The notes under the pieces were generated by a model. The model had not been told where the DNA came from and did no database searches. It saw only the letters and a list, made by a program, of their open reading frames with translations. 64,000 bases of DNA from an uncultured Oscillospiraceae bacterium (lineage in GTDB: Bacteria > Bacillota > Clostridia > Christensenellales > CAG-314). Positions 17,967 to 25,627 of the stretch are shown one piece after another. The DNA lies in assembly GCA_964607155.1 (NCBI GenBank), contig CAZSIF010000003.1, forward strand, positions 19,498 through 83,497, written 5' to 3'. How positions within the stretch are numbered: the stretch's first letter is position 1; every line of letters begins with the position of its first letter. The position numbers and the translations under genes are program-made.

Positions 17967-19613
17967 ATGTTTAATGTAACAATTCAAGGTAAAAAGCTTC
18001 AACTGGAAGGCAAGCAAACAATTTTAAGCTTAATTGACGATGAACAAAAAAAATACGTCGCGGCAAAAGTAAATAATCGCTTGCGCGAGCTTACTTACGA
18101 GTTGTCCTTCGATTGCGATGTGCAGTTGCTGGATTTAACGGAGTCGGATGCGGTCAAAGTGTACGAAACGAGCTTGCGTTATCTTATTGCAAAGGCATTC
18201 AATAATCTGTACCCATTGTACAAAATCAAAATATCCTACGCCATTTCCCGTTCGTTGTTGGTATCGGTTATTTCGCCGTGCGTAAAAATGGATGGCAAAA
18301 TGCTTCAAGCCGTCGTGGGCGAAATGGATAGGCTTGTCAAACAAGATTTGCCGCTTGAGCGTATGACGATGAGCAAGGCGGAAGCGTACGATATGTTTGT
18401 GGCAAACGGCGATACGGATAAAGCCGTCACGTTACAATATCGTCCGGAAAAGGTTTGTCATTTCCATAAATGCGGCAACTACGTCAACTATATGTATGGC
18501 TACGTTGTGCCGTCCACGGGGTATATCAAGCAATACAAACTGTTTTGCTACGACGGGCATTTTATTTGTCAATATCCTCGTTACGAAATGAACGGGCAGA
18601 TTCCCGAGTTCAAGGACGAACCAACCTTTTCCAAGGTATTAAAGCGTGCGCACAAATGGGCAAAAATTTGCAATGCGGAAATTATTTCCGGCATTAACGC
18701 ACACGTTCAGCAGGATACATACGTTGATTTTATCAATATGAATGAAACCCTGCATAACGATATGCTACACGATTTAGGTAATCAAATTGTTTCCGATATC
18801 GAAAATATTCGCCTTATTTGTATTGCAGGTCCTTCAAGCTCCGGCAAAACGACTTTTTCCAATAGGTTGCGCATCGAGCTTATGTCGCGTGGTATAACTC
18901 CGTTGCGTATCTCACTGGATATGTACTACAAAAATCACTGCGATATTCCGCTTGACGAGCATGGAGATAAGGATTTTGAGCATATCGATGCATTGGATGT
19001 GGAACTGTTTAACAAGCATATCACTGCGCTTATCGACGGCGAGGAGGTGGAGTTGCCACTGTATCAGTTTGGTGAAGGCAGGGCGGAGCACGGCATTCCC
19101 ACGCGGATAGATGCCGGAACACCCATCATAATCGAAGGCATACACGCTCTTAACGACAAGCTATCATATGCAGTGCCAAAGCATCAAAAATACAAGATTT
19201 TTATTGCGCCGCAATTCCAGCTGAACATCGATATGCACAACCCGATAAGCTACACGGATATTCGCTTGCTTCGCAGGATTGTTCGCGATAAAAAGTATCG
19301 TGGCGCCTCGGCGGAAAGGACGCTGGAAATGTGGCCGTCCGTGCGTAGGGGCGAGTTTAAGTGGATTTATCCCTATCAGGAGGGCTGCAACTATGTGTAC
19401 AATTCTGCCCTCACTTACGAAATGTCTGTAATGAAAAAGTACGCGCTACCTGCCTTGCGCGAAGTGCCTTGCGATAGCCCGTACTATATCACCGCAAATC
19501 GCCTTATCAAGTTTTTGAAGTACTTCAAGGATATGGACGATAAGTGGGTGCCTTGCAACTCGCTGCTGCGTGAGTTTATCGGCGGCAGCTGTTTTGCCGA
19601 GGTAGACGAATAG
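17967..19613 (+). CDS. Uridine kinase/phosphoribulokinase-family P-loop protein with an N-terminal TGS/ThrRS-like region
   Basis: 548 aa. P-loop IAGPSSSGKTTFSNRL in the C-terminal half, and an N-terminal region of ThrRS-accessory type (MFNVTIQGKKLQLEGKQTILSLI...). Confidence 0.75.
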   Translation: MFNVTIQGKKLQLEGKQTILSLIDDEQKKYVAAKVNNRLRELTYELSFDCDVQLLDLTESDAVKVYETSLRYLIAKAFNNLYPLYKIKISYAISRSLLVSVISPCVKMDGKMLQAVVGEMDRLVKQDLPLERMTMSKAEAYDMFVANGDTDKAVTLQYRPEKVCHFHKCGNYVNYMYGYVVPSTGYIKQYKLFCYDGHFICQYPRYEMNGQIPEFKDEPTFSKVLKRAHKWAKICNAEIISGINAHVQQDTYVDFINMNETLHNDMLHDLGNQIVSDIENIRLICIAGPSSSGKTTFSNRLRIELMSRGITPLRISLDMYYKNHCDIPLDEHGDKDFEHIDALDVELFNKHITALIDGEEVELPLYQFGEGRAEHGIPTRIDAGTPIIIEGIHALNDKLSYAVPKHQKYKIFIAPQFQLNIDMHNPISYTDIRLLRRIVRDKKYRGASAERTLEMWPSVRRGEFKWIYPYQEGCNYVYNSALTYEMSVMKKYALPALREVPCDSPYYITANRLIKFLKYFKDMDDKWVPCNSLLREFIGGSCFAEVDE

Positions 19614-19878
19614 TTTTGCTGTTAGTAGCATGCAAGTTTGTGCATTAGCATTGGCAACGTGCATGCAAGGTAAATTGTGTGTGCCGTTGCTTGTATTGTG
19701 GATACGAGTATCTAACAGGTATTTGAGGGCTTTTATGAGCCTATTTCCGACCATTGTGGGCGGAGGTATACGTTACCGGTGGTGCGCAACATGCGTGCAT
19801 CTTTGGTTGGCTTGATGTTAATTTTGTTTATGCACTGTTAGAGTCAAGTACAAATTGAATACGTTTGTAAAGTGGTAA

Positions 19879-19933
19879 GTGCCCATATGCAACCGACGTT
19901 TTGGTCGGATTGTGTATATGGGTACTTTTTTTT
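19879..19933 (+). terminator. Strong nested-hairpin Rho-independent terminator
   Basis: Outer stem GTGCCCATAT (19879-19888) pairs with ATATGGGTAC (19916-19925). Inner hairpin is CCGAC-GTTTTG-GTCGG. A T8 run (19926-19933) follows. Confidence 0.75.
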
Positions 19934-20318
19934 GTGCTATGCGATTGTTGATGGCACCGTGCAGAGTTGATTTGTATTGCTTGAGATGCTTAATCGCCGA
20001 AGCGAACGATATTTTTTGGGCAAAATTTATGGACAACCAATGCTTGCTGTGTAAGAAAGATGTTGGGCAAATAATCAATTTGTTTGTGAATGAGTTTGGT
20101 GTTGCAAAGTGCCCATTCAAATGAAGTTATCTTTGGGAGCACAAGGCATTGTACCAAGCTTTTTTTTTGTTCGTTGGTTTTATGTGGTGGATGTATTATT
20201 TTGTGGTAGCTATTGTCTTTTCTTATATTATTTGATGGTATTAGCTTCTATAAAGTGTATTTTTTAGTGTATTTGCATAAAAAATGTTTATTTTTTATAT
20301 ATTTTGTTGATTTATTGC

Positions 20319-20349
20319 TTGACACGGAAAGACGGGGGGGGGGTATAAT
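20319..20349 (+). promoter_or_regulatory. Consensus sigma-A promoter with a G10 homopolymer in the spacer (candidate phase-variable promoter)
   Basis: TTGACA at 20319-20324, then a 19-nt spacer at 20325-20343 whose last 10 nt are G (20334-20343), then TATAAT at 20344-20349. Confidence 0.6.
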
Positions 20350-20407
20350 AAACTTGGACGGGAATATAATACACCGAGATTGCACTTTGGTTGCAAGGAT
20401 TTTTCCC

Positions 20408-20499
20408 GTTCTCGCCCTTAGATTCTGCTCGGGTTACACCCTCGCACTGCTACGCAGTTCGACTTCGCTTGCGCTCCGCTCAGAATGACATTAGGGCGG
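20408..20499 (+). repeat. About 90-bp structured intergenic repeat, copy A (inside the leader of the pilin-like gene)
   Basis: The reverse complement of 20408-20499 aligns along its whole length with 22609-22697, beginning CCGCCCTAATGTCATTCTGAGCGG and ending GAGCAGAATCT..GGGCGA. Its termini are self-complementary (ATTCTGCTCGG / CCGCTCAGAAT). Confidence 0.8.
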
Positions 20500-20552
20500 A
20501 TGGCACAATGAATACGTTTATTTGAACAATCCCTCCGACACGTTCCGTGCCA

Positions 20553-20573
20553 CCTCCCTTTACACAAGGGAGG
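20553..20573 (+). other. Leader hairpin CCTCCCTT / AAGGGAGG
   Basis: A perfect 8-bp stem with a 5-nt loop, about 85 nt upstream of the start codon. It contains both an anti-SD-like and an SD-like sequence. Confidence 0.4.
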
Positions 20574-20658
20574 CTTTACCAAGGCGTGCCCTCTAAATAC
20601 GGTACAAACACGCATAGCGTGAGTGTATAAATAAAATTTAACAAGGAGAAAACAAAAA

Positions 20659-22050
20659 ATGACAAAGAAGTTAAACAAGCGTGGCTTTACGATTGTTGAG
20701 CTGGTAGTGGTCATAGTAGTTATTGCCATTCTTGCGGCAGTGCTAATTCCTACCGTTAGCAGCTTGATCGATAAGGCAAACCGTTCTGCGGATATCCAAG
20801 CCGTCAATCAGATGAACAAACAGCTTGCCATCAACGAGATTACGGGCGGTAATGGCATTATCGACGTCTACGAGGCACTCGAGGCGGCCGGTATGACTGT
20901 TCGTGATTACCATCCGCTTGCATCGAATACCTATTTCTTTTGGGTAAAAGAACTCAACAGAATTGTTTACGTTGATAACGATTACAATATTTTGTATCCC
21001 AACGAGTACGAGGGCAAGGGTATCGACACGTTAAATAGCACTTATTTGGCACTTGGTGGAGATATCAAGCAAGTGGAAGCGACTATTAGCAACGATGGTA
21101 CAGTGGCAACGGTTAATTCGGCGGAGCAGCTGTATTGGCTGTCCGAAAATATCAATAGTAAGGTATCGCAAGTTACTGAAATTAAGTTTGACCAAAGTTC
21201 CATAGACCTTAAGGGTGCAGACATTGCGATAGTTGTGTCTGAAAATAAAAGCCTCAAAATTACCGGCGCAAACGGTGGTACAACCTTGAGTGGCTTGGTT
21301 ACGATGGATAGCAATCTTGTGAATGACGGCAAAGACTATGCTTGTGGATTGATTGCGAATGTAAGCAGAGGGGCAAAAGTAGAAATTAGCAATATCATTA
21401 TCGACGGTGCAACTGTTGGCGGCTACGAAATCGGTGGTGTTGGTGGATTAGTTGGTAGAATTAATAATGGAGCTACCGTTAATATAAGCAACTGTACCGT
21501 TCAAAACTCGACAATTAACGGTAAAAATAAGGTTGGTGCATTGATTGGCAGTATCGGCGGAGCCACCGTTGAGATTAAGGGTTGTAAGGTGGATAAGTGT
21601 ACGGTTAATTGCTCCGAGGGCGAGTCCGGTAAGGTGATTGGTTCATCGTATACTTCACCAATAATTAAGGTTGATACCTTGTTTAGCACTTGGTGCACGA
21701 ACACTACTCTTAACCTTGTTGCTACCGAAGGGCGCGATGTCGTTGATGCGAATGGACATTTGGAATGCACAGCTACAAATCAAGCAACCGTATCAATCCC
21801 TACAGGATGCCAAAAGGTTGTGCGCGTAGCGAAAAAAGGTGTTCCGGAATTCACAAAAAATGGTATTCCGAGGTATAGAATGTTTGCCGATGATGCTTAT
21901 ATGACGATTGTTATGTCGAGTAATCCGACAATTGAAATTAATAATGTGGCAATTTCTGATCTGGGCACTTTATACGGTTCTGCTCTTGCTACAAGAAAAC
22001 TTGATAATCAAGATATTGACATAAATATTCTCTATTTCGAAACGAGATAA
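20659..22050 (+). CDS. Prepilin-type N-terminal cleavage/methylation-domain protein with a large GLUG/beta-helix-like repeat C-terminal region
   Basis: 463 aa. AAGGAGA SD. N-terminus MTKKLNKRG/FTIVELVVVIVVIAILAAVLIP (G-1, F+1, E+5). C-terminal Gly-rich repeats read VGGLVGRINNGATVNISNCTVQNSTINGKNKVGALIGSIGGATVEIKGC. Confidence 0.85.
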   Translation: MTKKLNKRGFTIVELVVVIVVIAILAAVLIPTVSSLIDKANRSADIQAVNQMNKQLAINEITGGNGIIDVYEALEAAGMTVRDYHPLASNTYFFWVKELNRIVYVDNDYNILYPNEYEGKGIDTLNSTYLALGGDIKQVEATISNDGTVATVNSAEQLYWLSENINSKVSQVTEIKFDQSSIDLKGADIAIVVSENKSLKITGANGGTTLSGLVTMDSNLVNDGKDYACGLIANVSRGAKVEISNIIIDGATVGGYEIGGVGGLVGRINNGATVNISNCTVQNSTINGKNKVGALIGSIGGATVEIKGCKVDKCTVNCSEGESGKVIGSSYTSPIIKVDTLFSTWCTNTTLNLVATEGRDVVDANGHLECTATNQATVSIPTGCQKVVRVAKKGVPEFTKNGIPRYRMFADDAYMTIVMSSNPTIEINNVAISDLGTLYGSALATRKLDNQDIDINILYFETR

Positions 22051-22094
22051 GAATACATATATAATCACATCATATCGTTCAAGATAATAACTTC

Positions 22095-22173
22095 AAAAGC
22101 CTCTCTTGTGTGTGATGTGCCCTCAAAAGTTAGATACTTTTAGGGTGCATATCAGTGTAAGGTGAGGCTTTTT
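22095..22173 (+). terminator. Compound terminator structure after the pilin-like gene
   Basis: Outer stem AAAAGCCTC (22095-22103) pairs with GAGGCTTTT (22164-22172) and encloses an inner hairpin (CCCTCAAAAGT...ACTTTTAGGG). A T run follows. Confidence 0.5.
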
Positions 22174-22240
22174 GCAACGTGTGTTATTTTGTGGGTGGAT
22201 GGTTTGATGGCAATATATAGTAGATCCCGATGCTGTCGTA

Positions 22241-22300
22241 TCGTCCTGCGGGTTCGACTGCGTACTACGCACTCCGCTTAGGATGACGCTGTAATTACGC
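22241..22300 (+). repeat. Diverged partial member of the same repeat family, copy C (same orientation as A)
   Basis: GGTTCGACTGCGTACTACGCACTCCGCTTAGGATGACG parallels AGTTCGACTTCGCTTGCGCTCCGCTCAGAATGAC in copy A. A further short fragment (CGTTCAGGATGATGCCGC) lies at 22373-22394. Confidence 0.6.
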
Positions 22301-22552
22301 CTTTTGCCCACACAATAGATGATAACGTTTTATAATTATATATTAACCAATATACAGATTGCACTATTAACCCCTTCGTTCAGGATGATGCCGCAATAGT
22401 GTCTTATGCATATTCGGCATAGAGTGATACTTCCACCCCTATGTTATTTTATGGCTTGCCTACAATCCCCAAAACGACATTAATTCTATCTACATAAATC
22501 AATTAATTTTCGCACTAATCGCCCAGTTGTCATCTATAATATAGCTGCTATC

Positions 22553-22582
22553 TTGACAACGACGTTATTTATTTTATATAAA
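22553..22582 (+). promoter_or_regulatory. Promoter-like element reading into repeat copy B
   Basis: TTGACA (22553-22558), an 18-nt AT-rich spacer, then TATAAA (22577-22582). No ORF lies downstream before the hairpin at 22775-22797. Confidence 0.3.
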
Positions 22583-22608
22583 TTAAAATTGTTTTTTTGC
22601 ACTAACTA

Positions 22609-22697
22609 CCGCCCTAATGTCATTCTGAGCGGACAGCAGCGAAGTCGAACTGCGAAGTAGTGCGAGGTTTTAGCCGAGCAGAATCTCGGGCGAATAC
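22609..22697 (-). repeat. About 90-bp structured intergenic repeat, copy B (inverted relative to A)
   Basis: See copy A. By eye, about four-fifths of positions are identical to the reverse complement of A. Confidence 0.8.
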
Positions 22698-22774
22698 AAA
22701 CCACATTATATGGATTTGACAGTGTTCGTGATGACAAAAGTTTTTTGTTAAGTTATATGTTTTTTATAAAATAA

Positions 22775-22797
22775 AGCCATCGGCATAGCCGACGGCT
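22775..22797. terminator. Bidirectional hairpin terminator (tex 3' end / end of the intergenic island)
   Basis: AGCCATCGGC-ATA-GCCGACGGCT pairs at 9 of 10 positions, flanked by A-rich sequence on the left and T-rich on the right. Confidence 0.6.
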
Positions 22798-22975
22798 TCA
22801 TTTTATTCTAATGGTGAATTATATATACTTTTAAGTACAAACAGGTGACAAGCAATAGATTTAGTCAAAGGTTTTAATAATGTGCTGTGCTTAAGCCGGT
22901 AATCTTTTCAAATTTGTATTTTTTTGTTGAGCCGCACGTTACCATATACTTGTTGCTTATCTAAGTTACTCTGTA

Positions 22976-25120
22976 CTAAATTATCATTGTAAGACTAATG
23001 CGCTTCTTTTGCAGGTCAACGGAAAGCACCTTTACGTCTACAACGTCGCCAACCTTGACAACCTCAAGCGGATGTTTAACAAATTTTTTGGCGGACATTT
23101 GCGAAACGTGCACCAAACCGTCTTGGTGAACGCCGATATCAACAAACACACCAAAGTCGATAACATTGCGCACCGTGCCCTTAAGCAGCATGCCTTCCTT
23201 TAGGTCTTTCATTTCAAGCACGTCGCTGCGGAGTATGGGTTTGGGCATTTCGTCGCGCGGATCGCGTGCGGGCTTTTCCAGCTCGGCAACGATATCGCGC
23301 AAGGTAAGTTCGCCAATGCCAAGTTCGTTTGCAAGTTTGGGATAGTTAACAATGGTTTTAGATAAGCCGTTAAGCTTGCCGATACTTTCAGGCTTGATGC
23401 CTTGTTTTTTCATGAACTGAGTTGCAGCTTCGTAGCTTTCAGGGTGCACGCTTGTTGCGTCAAGCGGATTGTTGCCGTTTTGTATACGCAAAAAGCCTGC
23501 GCATTGTTGATATGCTTTTGCACCGAGTTTATCCACGTTAAGCAACTGCTCGCGGTTGGTAAAACGTCCGTTTTGTTCGCGATACTTAACGATGTTCTTT
23601 GCAATGGCGGAGGATATGCCGGAAATATACTGCAAAAGCGGTGCGGACGCGGTGTTAAGGTCTACGCCGACCTTGTTAACGCAATCCTCAACGACGCCCT
23701 CAAGGGCTTCGCCAAGCTTCTTTTGGTTCATATCGTGTTGATATTGTCCTACGCCGATAGATTTTGGATCGATTTTAACAAGTTCGGAAAGTGGATCTTG
23801 CAATCTGCGTGCGATACTTGCTGCACTGCGTTGACCTACGTCAAATTCCGGAAACTCCTCTGTGGCAAGTTTACTTGCGGAGTAGACGGACGCGCCGGCT
23901 TCGGATACGATAACGTATTGCACTTTAAGTCCCGTTTCGCGGAGCAGGTCAACAATTATTTGCTCGCTCTCGCGTGAGGCGGTGCCGTTGCCGAGTGATA
24001 TAAGGGTAATGTGATATTTTGCTATAAGCAGTTGCAATGTTGCCTTTGCTTTTGCAATTTTTTCAGGCGTGGTGGGGGCAGTGGGGTAAATGACGGTTGT
24101 GTCGATAACCTTACCCGTTTGGTCAACCACGGCAAGCTTGCAGCCCGTACGGAATGCAGGGTCCCATCCGAGCACTACCTGTCCAACGATGGGTGGTTGC
24201 ATGAGCAGTTGCTCGAGATTTTTGCCGAACACTGCAATGGCGCCGTCCTCTGCCTTTTCTGTAAGCATATTGCGTATTTCAGTTTCGATGCTCGGCGCAA
24301 TAAGGCGAGTGTAGCTATCGGCAACGGCAAGCTCCAATAGTCCGTTTGTGTTTGGATTGTTTTTGGTAATAACGTGGCGAGTGAGGTAGTCATTGATAAG
24401 CTCAACGGGCGCAACCACCTTTACGGTAAGTACTTTTTCCGCCTCGCCGCGGTTAACGGCAAGTATGCGGTGCCCAGCCATCTTGGTGACATCCTCTTCG
24501 TATTTGTAATAATTGTCGTAAACGGTTTTTTCCTCCGGTTTTTTGGCAACGGAGTTCACCTTGCCAAGACGGAATGTGAGGTCGCGTATTGCCTTGCGAT
24601 AATCGGCATTATCCGAAATGACCTCCGCAATTATATCCAACGCGCCTTGCAATGCCTCTTTGACCGTTTTTACGCCCTTTTCCTCATTGATAAACTCTTG
24701 CGCCAGTTCTTTTGGGTTTTTGGTCGTTTCTTGCAGCAAAATGATGTTTGCAAGCGGCTCAAGCCCTTGTTCTTTTGCAACGGTAGCACGCGTTCTGCGC
24801 TTGGGACGATACGGACGATACAGGTCGTCAACGGCAACTTGCGTTTCGGCTGCTTCAATTTCGATTTGCAGCTGTTCGGTCAGCTTGCCTTGTTCGTCGA
24901 TGCTTTTGATGACTTGCGCCTTCTTTTCTTCAAGGTTTCGCAGATAAGTTAAGCGTTCAAAAAGCTTGCGCAACTGCTCGTCGTTTAGCGAGCCGGTGGC
25001 TTCCTTGCGGTAACGTGAAATAAACGGAATGGTGTTGCCCTCGTCGATAAGGTTAACTGCAGCATCCACTTGCCATTTTGCAACGTCGAGTTCTTCAGTC
25101 AGTTTCAGGTTGATGTTCAT
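22976..25120 (-). CDS. tex: Tex-family transcription accessory protein (S1 RNA-binding domain)
   Basis: The start at 25120 gives MNINLKLTEELDVAKWQVDAAVNLIDEGNTIPFISRYRKEATG, the canonical Tex N-terminus. YqgF-like and HhH regions are present, with a C-terminal S1 domain (GTVRNVIDFGVFVDIGVHQDGLVHVSQM). Confidence 0.93.
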   Translation of the reverse strand: MNINLKLTEELDVAKWQVDAAVNLIDEGNTIPFISRYRKEATGSLNDEQLRKLFERLTYLRNLEEKKAQVIKSIDEQGKLTEQLQIEIEAAETQVAVDDLYRPYRPKRRTRATVAKEQGLEPLANIILLQETTKNPKELAQEFINEEKGVKTVKEALQGALDIIAEVISDNADYRKAIRDLTFRLGKVNSVAKKPEEKTVYDNYYKYEEDVTKMAGHRILAVNRGEAEKVLTVKVVAPVELINDYLTRHVITKNNPNTNGLLELAVADSYTRLIAPSIETEIRNMLTEKAEDGAIAVFGKNLEQLLMQPPIVGQVVLGWDPAFRTGCKLAVVDQTGKVIDTTVIYPTAPTTPEKIAKAKATLQLLIAKYHITLISLGNGTASRESEQIIVDLLRETGLKVQYVIVSEAGASVYSASKLATEEFPEFDVGQRSAASIARRLQDPLSELVKIDPKSIGVGQYQHDMNQKKLGEALEGVVEDCVNKVGVDLNTASAPLLQYISGISSAIAKNIVKYREQNGRFTNREQLLNVDKLGAKAYQQCAGFLRIQNGNNPLDATSVHPESYEAATQFMKKQGIKPESIGKLNGLSKTIVNYPKLANELGIGELTLRDIVAELEKPARDPRDEMPKPILRSDVLEMKDLKEGMLLKGTVRNVIDFGVFVDIGVHQDGLVHVSQMSAKKFVKHPLEVVKVGDVVDVKVLSVDLQKKRISLTMII

Positions 25121-25627
25121 TTTTTCTGCTCCAAAAAAGTTGTGTCTTTTGCTTTGCGACAATTCTTTGTCGCCGTAGGGCATTTGCCCGTGGTGCTATT
25201 GTGTTATGTTTTTTGCGGATTTGTTTTCACTAAATTTGCATGTGTTACAAATCGATGTGTTTCTGCACGGTTTTTTAGTTTGCGCACACAAAACAAAACC
25301 ACTAAATATAATTATACTAAATTTCTTTTTGTTTGGCAAGATTACTAAGTAAAAAACAATTTTTTTTTCTTGTGCGTTCGAGCAATTTTTTAAGCAAAAC
25401 AATGCGCGCTTTGCATGCGTTGAAGTGAGTTGCGTTTTGTGTAAGGAGTGCCTATCAGTTCATGTCAGTTTTTGCAAAAGCTATTGTTCCAGATGTTGTA
25501 TGTTTATAGGCATGGTATTGTGTTTGGCAATCGAGTAGTGACGGCGTGGAGGTGGCAGAGCGTATATTGACAAGTTGTAAAAAATGCTGTACAATATCTG
25601 TATAAAATACAAAAGGAAACTAAGCTT

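Noticed and set aside
19818-20124. Overlapping 100-aa (minus) and 81-aa (plus) ORFs in the island upstream of the G10 promoter.
   Set aside because: Both traverse the nested terminator hairpin and T8 run, have no SD, and overlap each other. I recognise no motif in either, so I treat the region as non-coding.
20418-20807. 129-aa minus-strand ORF, and the 62-aa ORF at 22123-22311.
   Set aside because: Their only distinctive peptides (VILSGAQAKSN..., VILSGVRSTQSN...) are translations of the intergenic repeat units. The first also runs antisense across the pilin-like start and its SD.
22241-22697. Copies C and B as an inverton: inverted 15-mers TCCGCTTAGGATGAC / GTCATTCTGAGCGGA flanking about 330 bp that contains a promoter-like element.
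   Set aside because: The arms match only 13 of 15 positions and are parts of a larger dispersed repeat. There is no invertase gene in the window, and no gene is positioned to be switched on the far side. I kept this only as a note under the repeat finding.
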